DNA of 64,000 nt from the NCBI RefSeq assembly GCF_000143415.4, contig NW_003314423.1:74011-138010 (forward strand), given 5' to 3'. The number at the start of each line of letters is the position of its first letter. The stretch's first letter is position 1. The translations under genes and the position numbers were made by a program. The stretch is from Selaginella moellendorffii. Lineage: Eukaryota > Plantae > Lycopodiophyta. This document shows positions 34,706 to 48,700 of this stretch, piece after piece. Under the pieces are notes generated by a model that made no database searches, was not told the origin of the DNA, and saw nothing but the letters and a program-made list of their open reading frames with translations.

Positions 34706-36184
34706 ATGTCTTTGTGGTTTATTATTCTTGTATCATTCTCTTTAATTTCAAGCCGTGGCTGGGATCCAGACGCTGAAAGTCTTGTCCGTCTACAAATTTG
34801 GTAACTCTTACTCCGACACTGGCAACTAGGACACTGGATTTCCATACTTCAACATCTTCACAATTCCCAGATCCCATTGCAACACTGCCCCTAAGGCAAG
34901 GATTTTATCGCAACAATCAACACTCCCAGGGAAGGTTTTGCAATGGATTGACTACCTCACACCTCGGCTTCCCTCTCCTGTCCCCATACTTGTGGAGCAT
35001 CACCATGGCCTCCAACTTCTACCGCGGCGCAAACTTTGCCTATGGAGGATCCACGGCCGCCTCGGTCTACGAGAACCACAACCCCTTCGATCTAGACGTC
35101 CAGGTCTTCAAGTTCTTGTGCCTCCAGCACCTGCCCAACACCACCTCTGGATCCCATCACCAGCTTATTTTTCGGATGCCCTCTTCGTGATCCAAGCCAG
35201 CTCTGCAGACTTCGCCTACATGTGAGGATGTAGTACATCCAAGATCACTGTATGGCTGAGACACGTGGTGACACGTGGTGGATCTGGAGAGTCACAGACT
35301 CTCACCTGTGTATGTATGGTGATGATGATATTTGAGTGATAGAGTTTTTCTCTTCTTCCTTAGTTTTCAACATGGCATCGGAGCTCAAGGATTAAATCCT
35401 GGGCTGAATGGAGGAGGAAGACAATAAGCCCCCTGATCTGGAGTGGCTGTGAATTGCAAATATCAATATGGAGGTTTTCTTGTTTATTTTGTCTTGTGCA
35501 GGCAACCCTAAAATGGAGGCCGTTCTTGATCGAGACTGGCCTGGATTTGAATTGGAAGGGCACTGCTTGCGGCACTGCTTGCTACCGCTGGAGACGATCT
35601 GATGCCCCTGCTGCTACAAGGGAAGGCTTCCTGGAGACTTGCTGATGCTGCCAAGAGGCTTCTCTCGGGAATTGCTGTGCGCAAAGGCCTTGAGGCTGAT
35701 GGGAGAGATCACATTTGAGTGGGGGACATGGAACAAGATGCTGGTTCCTGATGGGTCCTAATACAAGCTGGGCTGTGTGCAAGCTTGGGTACCTTGGAAC
35801 TTGCTGCTACTCTTGTTCAACACCACAAGATGCTGATTTCATGAGCTCAGCTTTTCTCGGCTGAGTGGGGGGAGTGAGATAGGTTCACAATGGTTTAGCA
35901 TTAATTTCTTTTTTCTGATCCAACCTTCGCATGATGATCTCGGCTGAGTGGGGGTGTGAGGATGTAGTACATCCAAGATCACTGTACGGCTGAGACACGT
36001 GGTGACACGTGGTGGATCTGGAGAGTCATGACTCTCACCTGTGTATGTATGGCAATGATAATATCTGAGTAATAGAGTTTTTCTCTTCTTCCTTAGTTTT
36101 CAACACTACAATCTCTTCACCCAGAATGTGAGCATCCAAAACATGACTGCGATGGTTGTGCCCATGGTCGCTGAGACCATCTAC
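34706..36184 (+). pseudogene. GDSL esterase/lipase pseudogene, interrupted by a TRIM and 3'-deleted
   Basis: Paralogue of 58449-59627 (GRFCNG, GANFAYGGSTA) with frameshifts; the sequence resumes after the TRIM and then jumps into ECD sequence. Confidence 0.9.
35221..36105 (+). mobile_element. TRIM (terminal-repeat retrotransposon in miniature), 885 bp
   Basis: LTRs at 35221-35372 and 35955-36105 (TG...CA), PBS TGGCATCGGAGC (iMet-like), PPT GAGTGGGGG, 5-bp TSD CTACA; the empty site ttcgcCTACAatctc is present in the paralogue at about 58990. Confidence 0.95.
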
Positions 36185-36788
<604 letters not shown>

Positions 36789-37056
36789 CGCGACGAACTG
36801 CTTCGATTTGGACGAGACAGAGACGGAGACAAAGCTTCCCTTGTAGAAACCAACGAGTGGGACCGTGGAGTGTGCGGGCTCCACAGTTCGTTACAACTTA
36901 AGACCACACGTTTGGACGAGAATGCTGCTCTTGCAGGATCCGAGAATTATATACTTCAGTTACCAGGTAGTCATTTTTAAATTTTATGTTTTCTCACCTC
37001 ACATTTAGAATTCTTCTCCCAGATAATACTCAAAGCCACGATCTTGGAAACAGCAC

Positions 37057-37590
37057 GTGTTTCCATGGTTCCAGAGTGAGGATCTAGAAAAACAACTATA
37101 TCACGAGGCAATAAAGTCCCCAAAGCTACCAAATGAAGCAGCAAACCAACAAGCCGAGGGAGATGGAGAAGTGGCCAAAGAGGACTGCAGGAGCAGCCTC
37201 CGCGTTGCTCACAGAGCTCCGTGGCTGCAGGCTCTCGTCCTTGGCGCCAACAATGGCCTGGTCTCGATAGCATCGCTCCTCCTGGGCGTGAGTGCCAGGA
37301 ACAGTAACGAGCGCAGCATCATCCTCTTGGGCATCGCAGGCCTCATCACCGGCACGTGCAGCATGGCAGTGGGAGAGTTCGTGTCGGTGTCCTCACAGTG
37401 CGACACCAAGGTGGCCGAGATAGAGAGGGAGCGGCAGCAGCACGCTCCCGGCAGGAGATGGAGGAGCTGGCCCAGATATACGTGACGTGCGGACTGACGC
37501 CTGAGAGAGGTGGCAGCACAGCTCTCCGGCAAAGGCCAGGACGTGGTTAAAGTTGGTGCTGGTTGGCGGAATGCTGCCCTTAGTCTTCAA
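37057..37590 (+). pseudogene. VIT1/CCC1-family (vacuolar iron transporter-like) pseudogene
   Basis: RAPWLQALVLGANNGLVSIASLLLGV...GIAGLITGTCSMAVGEFVSVSSQ, then a frameshift and truncation. Confidence 0.82.
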
Positions 37591-38072
37591 CAAGCTCTTT
37601 AACTTTAAGAGCTTTTAAAAATGAATAGGAGTTTAAATAAATGTGGAATATTTATATTCTAAGATTCTATTATTGTACAAAAAATATAATGATGTCCTAC
37701 TTAAAACAAATATAAACCCTGGGAAGTTATCCATTAACTTTCTTCTAAACTTTAGATTTTAGAAAAAAATCTGAAGCACTCATTCATAAGAATAAACAAT
37801 CAAGAAATTAAAAGTAAAATATTTCTCAAACACATTTTGCCTCCAAAGTAGTGTAGGTGTATTGGATTGAGGGTTAAAAGATGTTATGGGTTTTCAAAAT
37901 GAAATATGATAGAATACCTTTGTGTATATTATACATAATATTCACCATCTCCGTCTCATTAGCAATGGTAAAGGGATAATGAAAGAAATGATTTTGCTTG
38001 AGGTATAGACTAATGAGAGACTCACTAAAATATATATATAAAAAAAAGAGTGTTTATATCTGCTTGTTATAT

Positions 38073-38249
38073 TGTGAGTGTATAAAAAATATGAAAATGA
38101 AATATAGAGATGTATATATTAATTAGTTCAAAACCCTTAGTTTATATATAGGACCGAGTGGTCTGGATTGAAACTAATTCGATACCTATAAAAATCCCAC
38201 TATACTAATATTAGTATATAATATTGTAGTTGTACACTTGGACCTCACA
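38073..38249. repeat. Short solo-LTR-like repeat (TGTGAG...CTCACA); related copy at about 54549-54684
   Basis: Shared blocks tgtgagtgtata, aaaccct and aaaatcccactaYactaatattagtata; 6-bp terminal inverted ends; no TSD seen. Confidence 0.45.
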
Positions 38250-38523
38250 TCATCCTCTTCTTTTGAAAGGATGGAAAATAGTCAAAGTTCTATGATTAAT
38301 GGGTTAGGATCTGGAGGAACATCAAAAGGAGGCATTAGTGGATCTATAGGTGGTGTTAGTTAATCCCTTTTTATGAAGTGTTTTAACTATTACAAATTAA
38401 TCTATTAAATGTTATATTGAACTTCATAAACTTATGGTCCAACTTACTCCAACACTTAATATGGTCTTTTCTATTGAGTAAAGGGCCCCTTAGACAAACC
38501 ATATACTATAAGATTATGAAAAT

Positions 38524-39010
38524 TGTAATGCACATAACTTTTACCTTTTACCTTATAGTATTTTACCATAGGATAACCATGAAGTAGAACGGTAAGGGTA
38601 GCAAAGCAGAACTTGAGTTCAAGGTCTTGGGCCACTGAACAAAGAGACAGAGCCTAACTCCCGAGCATATAGCCAAAGAGTGACAGAATTGAGCATGGAA
38701 TAAGTCATGAGCATTCAGTTTAAGGAGTAAAGGAGCAGGAGCATGGAGCAATGTTGGAATAATCTTAGAACTTCCAACTCCAATGCCAGGACTAATATGC
38801 AAAACAAAGTTAAATAGAGTTTAACATTATTTTAGCATACTAGTGGTTTAATGCAAGGATATAAGTATTTCACCAGTTAGCATGGTATGGAATTTGGACT
38901 TGGACTTAAATTGGATGCAAAACAAGGATAGGCATGCACGCATAAACTAAACTATACTCAGATTGGTCAGGTATACCCAATTTACCCACTATCCTTGGAA
39001 CCCTTTACAT
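38524..39010 (-). mobile_element. Old degenerate LTR fragment of the same family as the nested elements
   Basis: Colinear with 53186-53730 (tgtaatgcac vs tgtagcgcac; accataggataa; tcttgggccactgaac; ccaatgccaggac) with extensive C>T/G>A decay. Confidence 0.85.
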
Positions 39011-39781
39011 TATTAATGCCAATACCTCCATTCAGGAAATGGAAGATGTTAATTTAAAAAACGTTAACACCGATATGTGTGGCCAACCTCATCATATGCC
39101 CAATAGCTGACATCATGGCCATGACCATGTCTTTGTTTTTTTCCTTAAACACGAGCAACAATAACATTAACCTTTATCAGAATAGGATCATCTTCTATAG
39201 AAAGTGGAGTTAAAGGATGTGTAACGAGAAATGGAAGAAGTGATATCTTATAACATTATGTTCGTTGAAAAGTATTATCAAGGATGGTTGGAGCAAATGC
39301 ATATGCAAGTCAAACAAAATCTTAAGGTGGGCATAACATTCCCAACTTGATCCACTTCCACATAAAGCAAAAAGTTCTAAAAACAAATGCCAAATTGCAT
39401 TATTGACTCAAATGGCCTTTAACAAAGATAATGCAATTATTAAAAGGCATTATCACAATTATCAATATATTTAAATACACGTTTGAAGACATCTAGGAGA
39501 ATACTCTAATCCACATAAGTGGTTGTGCTTAAACCATTGTACCACTATAATGCTGTTCCTTAAAGACATGTGGAAACTCATATAAATGCTAAGCATCATC
39601 CCAAGAATGATAGGTAACAATCACTGTAAAGTGATTAAACTAATGGTATGCATTATTTTAGGATTCCCATAAAAAAACTCTGACTAAACATGAGAATTGG
39701 TAATAAGAGCAAGAGGAGTTATAACAGATTCTATAAATGTTACTATCAACCTCTTTTAACTCTGGAATAGTAGTTGATGTA

Positions 39782-42700
39782 TGTAGCGCACGTGGTTTTG
39801 ACCCTTTATCCTATGGTGATTTACCATAGGATAACACCACGAAGCGGAACCTAAACCCTCTTTGTGCCACGTGACGGATGCCACGTGTCACATGCCACGT
39901 GTCCATGCCACGTGTCCATAGGAACCCAAGGTTCAGGGCCTTGGGCCACTGAACGATAGAACGGTGCCAAACTCCCAAGCATGGAGCCAAGGAGTGTCGA
40001 AACCGAACCACGGAGCAACTCCCGAGCATAAAGCCCAAGGAGCGAAGGGACAGGAGCCCGGAGCGACTTGGAACAGTCCTGGAGCAACCAGCATCCCAAT
40101 GCCAGGACCAGCCCGCAAAACGGAGCCAAATGGAGTTTGGCGCTATTTTGGCATACCGGTGGCCTAACGTGAGGATATGGGTTCTCCCCCAACTAGCATG
40201 GAATGGAACTTGGGCTTAGACCCAACCCGGACGCAGAACAAGGACAGGCCCCCAAGCGGGAGCTAAATTTTGCCTCAGGTTGGTTGGCCATGCCCAACCT
40301 ACCCCCTATCCCTTTTATACATTTGGAACCCCCCATAGCCCCCCCCCCCCCCCCCCTTGAGGAACACACGCTTTGGGCTTTCACCCCAAGCCTCCCTTAG
40401 TATCAGGAGTTAGTCTTTGGGACAAGCTCGAAACTTATTAAATATGGAATGTCCCTAGATTGCGAATTTGGACACGGGACGAACACCATTGTGTTCAGGA
40501 CGATCTCTACATTCCGTAGATATGCCAAATGAGCAAATCTGGACACTTTCCACAAATAGCATTTGGGACCGAAATGAGACTAACACAAAGGGCATGATAG
40601 CGAGGGTGTTTGGCAGACACGGTAAGCTATCATGTAGCGATATTGAGGGACCAATCTCAATACGCGAGGGTTCTTGTCAAGCCAGTGCAAGACAGAGCAA
40701 AAGAGAACTAACAAGCCGGGCCAAGTATGCTCAGCTAAATAGACACTTAGGAATTCCTTCCTTATGCTCATCCGGCCAAGTACAGATGCAAAGTCCAGTT
40801 TACTAACACTTGAACAAGAGGGGCTAATAAAGGGAACCAGCAATACCGACCTCCTGCCATCGTGGCAGTAAGGTAAGAGTGTCCGTAAGGACTAGTCGAC
40901 AGGTAACTTTCGATACCCGAAGTCACATGCGCGACACTCTCCCCCCCTTGGGAAGATCGACGTCCTCGTCGATGCATACTCGAGTCTAGAATACCGCCAA
41001 GGAAACAACTCCAGAAAAAGTTCACGGTACTCACACTATGTGAGAAATGCACCAACTTAAATGAGTTAGGGGGCAACCTCTTTGTCTAACGCGGATGCGC
41101 TACCAGCTCACACATTCCGGCCGTCGCCGACAAGGAAATGACCAACGGAGTCAGCCACCCTTGCTGCTCTGGGAGTCACCCAGTGTACAAAAGTGTGATA
41201 CACCCCTGCCCGCAGGGACATAGAGAGAGAAGCCGGAGGCCCCTAACCCTCCTGAGCAAAGAAACCAAACCCGTCGGTAAGGTTTAGATAGACTACTGTA
41301 AACAGGCAGTTAGAGTTGTTTACACGGTCACGCCCTTTGTCGCGAATGTGACTTCAGGTATCGAAAGTTACCTGTCGGCTAGTCCTTACGGACACTCTTA
41401 CCTTACTGCCACGATGGCAGGAGGTCGGTATTGCTGGTTCCTTTTATCAGCCCCTCTTGTTCAAGTGTTAGTTTACTGGGCTTAGCACCTGTACTTAGCC
41501 AGATGGACATAAGGTAGGAACTCCTATGTGTTTCTAGCTGAGCATACTCGGCCTGGCTCTTAGTTCTCTTTTGCTCTGTCTTGCACTGGCTTGACAAGAA
41601 CCCTCGCGTATTGAGATTGGTCCCTCAATATCGCCGGATGATAGCTTATCGTGTCTGCCAAACACCCTCGCTATCATGCCCTTTGTGTTAGTCTCATTTT
41701 GGTCCCAAATGCTATTTATGGAAAGTGTCCAGATTTGCTCATTTGGCATATCTACGGAATGTAGAGATCGTCCTGAACACAATGGTGTTCGTCCCGTGTC
41801 CAAATTCGCAATCTAGGGACATTCCATATTTAGTAAGTTTCGAGCTTGTCCTATAGACTAACTCCTAATACTAAGGGAGGCTTGGGGTGAAAGCCCAAAG
41901 CGTGTGTTCCTCAAGGGGGGGGGGCTGTGGGGGGTTCCAAATGTATAGTAGGGATAGTGGGTAGGTCGGGCATGGCCGACCAACCTGAGGCATAGTCTAG
42001 CTCCCGCTTGCGTGCCTGTCCTTGTTCTGCGTCTGGCTTGGGTCTAAGCCCAAGTTCCATTCCATGCTAGTTGGTGGAGTACCCATGTCCTCGCGTTAGG
42101 CCACCGGTATGCCGAAATAGCGCCAGACTCCGTTTGGCTCCGTTTTGTGTGCTGGTCCTGGCATTGGGATGCTGGTTACTCTAGGACTGTTCCAAGTCGC
42201 TCCGGGCCCCTGTCCCTTTGCTCCTTGGGCTTTACGCTTGGGAGTTGCTCCGTGGTTCGGTTCCGTCACTCCTTGGCTTCGTGCTTGGGAGTTTGGCACC
42301 GTTCCTTTGTTCAGTGGCCCAAGGCCCTGAACCTCGGGTTCCTGTGGACACGTGGCATGGACACGTGGCATGTGACACGTGGCATCTGTCACGTGGCACA
42401 AAGAGGGTTTAGGTTCCGCTTCGTGGTGTTATCCTATGGTAAAACACCATAGGATAAAGAGTCAAAACCACGTGCGCTACATTTGGTATCAGAGGATGAG
42501 TCTCAGCGAGTACTATTCAATGAGATTGGGCAACTAGTCTCGTTGCATACGCAGAGATGAAAACGATGATCCGAGTGGGTACACGTTATGGTGCAAAGAC
42601 TTCGCATTGGTTCCTTGGGATAGGTTTTGGGTTACCTTGTTGTACCTTATGATGTGAGCTTGCGCTTGGGCTCATAGGATGGTTTGGAGATGTTCCATTT

Positions 42701-45700
42701 GCACGAGTTTGAGCTTGGGCTCATGAGTGAGGCGCATTAGCAACTTGAGGTTACACTTTGAGTTGGCAGGATTAATGTAAGCCTATCGATGGTTCCAGTG
42801 GTTCTGTAAGTTGTTCCATGTACCATGGGTGAAAGCAAACCTCCCTGGGTTTGCTATGAGTGGCAAATAGGCTGGTCCGTAGCTGTTTAGCACGGCACTA
42901 GTGGATCCTTCCTAGGTATGGTTATAAGTGGATCAATCAAGACTGTAGGGATTAGTCTATTGGTTCAAGTAATCATTGCCGTGCTCTCTCATAAGCTTTT
43001 CTTGGACTGGACTAAAAGCAGTGCGAAAGCAAGCTTGAGGTTTGGTCAAAAGATGAGACCGAAAAGAGAGTCATCGGGGACGGAGGATCAAATACGTAAA
43101 TCATTTTCTCTTCTTGGAGAGATGATTTGCAACGAGGTGTTAACTCATTGCTTGTGTTCACATTATGCAATCAAGAGTCCCTACCTTGATGCATGTTGGA
43201 AATGATGGTCTTACAAGTGGTGAGTTATGGGATGGATAGTGGTGAAACACTAAACCATTTTGTCTAGGCTCGCTATTGGAAGACTTGGGTTGCAGTGCTC
43301 AATTCTTTTCCGGGGAACCTTGCTATTGTTCCTTGAGTAGCTTGGTGTTGGATTAGTTTTGAGATTGGTCGGATAGAGAGTGGCATGAGCTTGTCCGTGT
43401 TGTAAACAAAAGTTAGTGGTGTTGGGTGTCGTAAACCTCTATTGGTGGAGTGTGGCATTTATGTTGCATTTTGTCGAATCGAGTTGGCATTTGATATTCA
43501 CATGAACGTTTGAAGTAATGACATAAGCCTTGCTCATTGCGTTACTCAATTGATGATCAAGTCATTGTGATTTATATCATATCCATGTGATAATGAGCAA
43601 CGTGTTTACGAAGTTGCTTGATTAAATGATGATCAACCCCAAAGTGGTTGATGGAGAAGCTAGTCTACTTGCACGAAGTAGCATTGTAGAAACTTTGACT
43701 GGATTCTCAATGGCGGTCCATTATGCTAAGCTTAAGTTGGTACCTTGTTTCCTTGAGGGTTTGCCCATAAGGTGTTGGGAATGGGTTGTAGCATTCATTT
43801 GTTATAGCTCATCTGTTGATCCGTTAGCACTTGGAGTAGATTATTGGATGGAGAAGATGTGAGGTTGACGCATTGACATCGCTAGCACTTGTGTTAGTGG
43901 AAGTGGCATTGTTGATTCGAGTGATGAGGAATTTTCCTTAGAGCTTGATTTTCCATGTCATTTTTCTTGTTAGTGTTTTGGCTTCACATTGGATCTTGAA
44001 GGTGGTTGAAGAAGAGTGTTAGTGCAATGTGGATATCTGAAGATGTGGTCTTCGTGATCAAGCCTTGGATGTTCATTTTGCACTTTGCGGATGTCGGTGT
44101 TGGATGTCGGTTATATGGGCAAAGATGTTCGATGCTTAAGCATGTTGTTCGATCATGAGAATTTGTGTTGAGGTGAGCCTATGTGAAGTTGTTGGTAGGA
44201 GGAAGTTGGTTGAGTCTTGAAAGTTTGCAATCCTGGACTGAGAGTCATTCTTTCTCTAGGATGGGAAATTTTCCACAAATTTTCTTAGACTTTTCCAATG
44301 GCTGGTCTATTGATCATTTTGTCCGAAAACCATTCCGTTTTCGAAAGCCAGTACAAACTAGTGAAAGGGGGTTGGAGTTGACTTCGGTTGGCTTAGATCT
44401 TAGTAAGTAGTTTGTATGATGCGACCCGAAAGGGATGCTAACTTTTGAAGCTAAAGCAATTGAGTTGGATAGAGTCTGGAGTTGGTGTAGAAGAGTGGCC
44501 GTTGCACTTTTCTAAGAAAGGTGACCCTTGTGCCTTTCTTTTGTAGCGTTATGCTTGGTAGCAGGTTGCACTTTGCATTTCGTTAGACTCTATGAGAGTA
44601 GTGAGCTCTCACTGATCTTGATTTGGTCTTGGTGGCTTTGCGCTTTGGCTGAGGATGGTGATGTCCAACTTAGTTGTTTGCAAGTTGAAATGTTGGCACC
44701 CGTACTGTAGCTTTGTCTATGAGGAGGTTGTGTACCGAAATGATCCATCTCATGGTCTTCACTTTAGTTTCGACTGAGTGTTGATCATGCATAGCTAGCC
44801 TCTTCAAGGCATACTCAGAGCTAGTGGCTAAATGCATTAGTGAGCTTATCGCAGTTGAGTTGGATTCGAGTGGTCATTTAGTTTGTGCTTGTCCATGAAC
44901 ATTTATCTCAACCTGGGGTATCACGTTCATGTTGGACAAGTATATGACTCAATGGCATGAGTTTAGTGTTTGAGTCTTGTGAAGGCAAGTTGAGGGGTGA
45001 TTGTTAGTTGCTTTGTGACTAGTGATTACTTGTAAACTTTGTCGAAAGACTATGACACTTGCTTCACTCGATGATGATTTAGTAGTGATGGGCTTGCTTT
45101 GCCGGATGGTGTTGCGGAGGATCGTGTCATTAAACTTACATGGGTTTTCCATGTTAGCATGTCGACTCTACCTCTGTTAATATCATTTGGTTGCGTTTAG
45201 TTCGTGGTGTTGGATTTCATGGAGTCTTGGATGTGGTGATTCACTCCTTGAGGAAGTGTTATCTGTGACTGAGTATTGTTGAGAGATTGGTCTCGGATAC
45301 TGAGTAAAGTATCTTCGACCTTGGTTAGCTTGGTTGTTAGAGAGCTTTGAGTGGTGATACACTTGTGCTTTCTTTTAGCTTTGTTCTAGTGTTGATGGCA
45401 TTGAAGCGATGCCTTTTCATTGACATTGTTGAAGTTGATATTCAAGTGAAATGAGATATCTCTCCATAGGATTGATATTGAGTGTCATTAGTCTCAATGA
45501 AGATAGTGTTGATGATTTGGCTATGGCTTTGTGTTATTGGCATTCGTACATTTGCTAGTTAGCAACTATGTTAGCATTCAAACAAGCTGAGTGGCAAGTT
45601 TGAGTTAGTTGTGTTCTAGACGAGATTATTTAGTAGGGGTTGAGCTTTGGCTTTTCCTTGAAAAGTGATTTAGTTGTGGATAACACTAACTTTACGAGAT

Positions 45701-48700
45701 GAAGAGTTAGTGATTGATATTGGAATATTTGAATCCTTATTGGATTTGAGTTGGAATATATCGATCATTGATGATTCTTCTTGTGCTTGTTATGATGTGA
45801 GTTACGTCTTGCTATAGATGGATTCATGGAGGATCGTTTGATGATCACTTGTTGAGCATAGCTTTATTATGCTTAGCTTTTGGATTGATGCAGACATGCT
45901 CTTCATTAGCTTTGCATTATGAAGTTTAGCTTATAGATGTGTTGAGGAGGATATTGTGTGTTGTACCATGATTTTTTCTTTAGCATTGACGTTAGTCCAT
46001 GCAAGACTCGTGATCATTATTAGGCAAGACTTGGCTATAGACTTCTTCGAACTTTTGGTTCTTTGAGTTTTATGCTCATTGTTCCATTTGTTAGAAGTTA
46101 TTGGGGAATGCATTTTGGCTTGTTAGCTTCGATGAAGTTAGTATTTGCATCTGGCAATCATTGGTGATGATTAATTATCATCTAAGATAGTTGATTATCC
46201 TTGTCAAGGGTTTTGCTTGGTTGTTGTTGATATAGAATGATTCGCTGCTCCTTGAGATAGTGGATTCTTTCTTAGACGATGATTATGCATCTCTTTATTG
46301 ATAGGATGATTGATGATCTTTTATGGTGGTTAGTTGTTCTCTTTGATGGCTTGTGGCTTTTCGCAATATCACATGTTCTTTGTGGTTTGCTCTGGATTGG
46401 TCTCTTGGGTTTGAGACATCAGTAGGATGTTGCTGACACTTACTTAAGCAACTTGAGTTCCTTAGTATTGTTGGCTAGGATCTATTTGGATTGGCTCGTA
46501 TGATAGTTGACATGACCGAGTGTTTGTTGGCCATACAACATTCATTCTATTTTGTTGATTATTGCTCGAGTTTGTTCTGATAGATTGGAATGTTATTTCC
46601 TCCGGGTGATACATTCGCGAGCATTTTGCTTGCTTGTCGATGATACTTGGTGTTCTCTGAGTTATCTCTCGTAAGTTGTTAGCTTACTGTCTACTATCTT
46701 TGGTAGTTAAGTTTCATCATTGAGTTTCCTTGATGATATACTTGCTATTGAATTTTGTTGGATGGTCATTCCTATGTTTTCCAATGATAGTGGTCTTGGT
46801 GGTTCCTATACTATAATACTAGTTTATCGGATGATAACTTACTTGGAATACTTTTGTGTTCTAATTTAAGATATCTTCACTGATAATTAAGACTCTAAGA
46901 TATCATTGTCTATGACTTTGATATTGTCCATCTATTGATCTTTGAGTTTGGGCCAGTAATAGGCAGACTGGCTTCGGCACTTCGTGTGCATGTTGAAATC
47001 TCTAGTCATGGGGTAGCTACTGTCGACTGGTCACATAACCCGCCTCTCTGTCGATGTTCCTTATTCCGTTAAAAGGGCGTGACCGTGTAAACAACTCTAA
47101 CTGCCTGTTTACAGTAGTCTATCTAAACCTTACCGACGGGTTTGGTTTCTTTGCTTAGGAGGGTTGGGGCCTCTGGCTTCTCTCTCTATGTTCCTGCGGG
47201 CAGGGGCATATCACACTTTTGTAAGCTGGGTGACTCCCAGAGCAGCAAGGGTGGCTGACTCCGTTGGTCATTTCCTTGTCGGCGACGGCCGGAAGGTGTC
47301 TGAGCTGGTAGCGCATCCGCGTTAGACAAAGAGGTTACCCCTAACTCATTTAAGTTGGTGCATTTCTCACATAGTGTGAGTACCGTGAACTTTTTCTGGA
47401 GTTGTTTCCTTGGCGGTATTCTAGACTCGAGTATGCATCGACGAGGACGTCGATCTTCCCAAGGGGGGGAGAGTGTCGCGAATGTGACTTCAGGTATCGA
47501 AAGTTACCTGTCGGCTAGTCCTTACGGACACTCTTACCTTACTGCCACGATGGCAGGAGGTCGGTATTGCTGGTTCCTTTTATCAGCCCCTCTTGTTCAA
47601 GTGTTAGTTTACTGGGCTTAGCACCTGTACTTAGCCAGATGGACATAAGGTAGGAACTCCTATGTGTTTCTAGCTGAGCATACTCGGCCTGGCTCTTAGT
47701 TCTCTTTTGCTCTGTCTTGCACTGGCTTGACAAGAACCCTCGCGTATTGAGATTGGTCCCTCAATATCGCCGGATGATAGCTTATCGTGTCTGCCAAACA
47801 CCCTCGCTATCATGCCCTTTGTGTTAGTCTCATTTTGGTCCCAAATGCTATTTATGGAAAGTGTCCAGATTTGCTCATTTGGCATATCTACGGAATGTAG
47901 AGATCGTCCTGAACACAATGGTGTTCGTCCCGTGTCCAAATTCGCAATCTAGGGACATTCCATATTTAGTAAGTTTCGAGCTTGTCCTATAGACTAACTC
48001 CTAATACTAAGGGAGGCTTGGGGTGAAAGCCCAAAGCGTGTGTTCCTCAAGGGGGGGGGGCTGTGGGGGGTTCCAAATGTATAGTAGGGATAGTGGGTAG
48101 GTCGGGCATGGCCGACCAACCTGAGGCATAGTCTAGCTCCCGCTTGCGTGCCTGTCCTTGTTCTGCGTCTGGCTTGGGTCTAAGCCCAAGTTCCATTCCA
48201 TGCTAGTTGGTGGAGTACCCATGTCCTCGCGTTAGGCCACCGGTATGCCGAAATAGCGCCAGACTCCGTTTGGCTCCGTTTTGTGTGCTGGTCCTGGCAT
48301 TGGGATGCTGGTTACTCTAGGACTGTTCCAAGTCGCTCCGGGCCCCTGTCCCTTTGCTCCTTGGGCTTTACGCTTGGGAGTTGCTCCGTGGTTCGGTTCC
48401 GTCACTCCTTGGCTTCGTGCTTGGGAGTTTGGCACCGTTCCTTTGTTCAGTGGCCCAAGGCCCTGAACCTCGGGTTCCTGTGGACACGTGGCATGGACAC
48501 GTGGCATGTGACACGTGGCATCTGTCACGTGGCACAAAGAGGGTTTAGGTTCCGCTTCGTGGTGTTATCCTATGGTAAAACACCATAGGATAAAGAGTCA
48601 AAACCACGTGCGCTACACCCTTTTAACAGAACAAGGAACATCGACAAAGAGGCGGGTTGTGTGACCAGTCGACAGTAGCTACCCCATGACTAGAGATTTC

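Noticed and set aside
39866-39915. Short regularly spaced repeats resembling a CRISPR-like array
   Set aside because: These are 8-bp G-box motifs with 3-5 bp spacers inside a plant LTR; there are no unique spacers or cas genes, and the context is eukaryotic
40180-40345. Cluster of differences between the two outer LTRs, suggesting gene conversion or a greater age
   Set aside because: The differences crowd beside a long poly-C run and tend to extend homopolymers, which is typical of low-quality base calls; LTR dating should exclude this stretch
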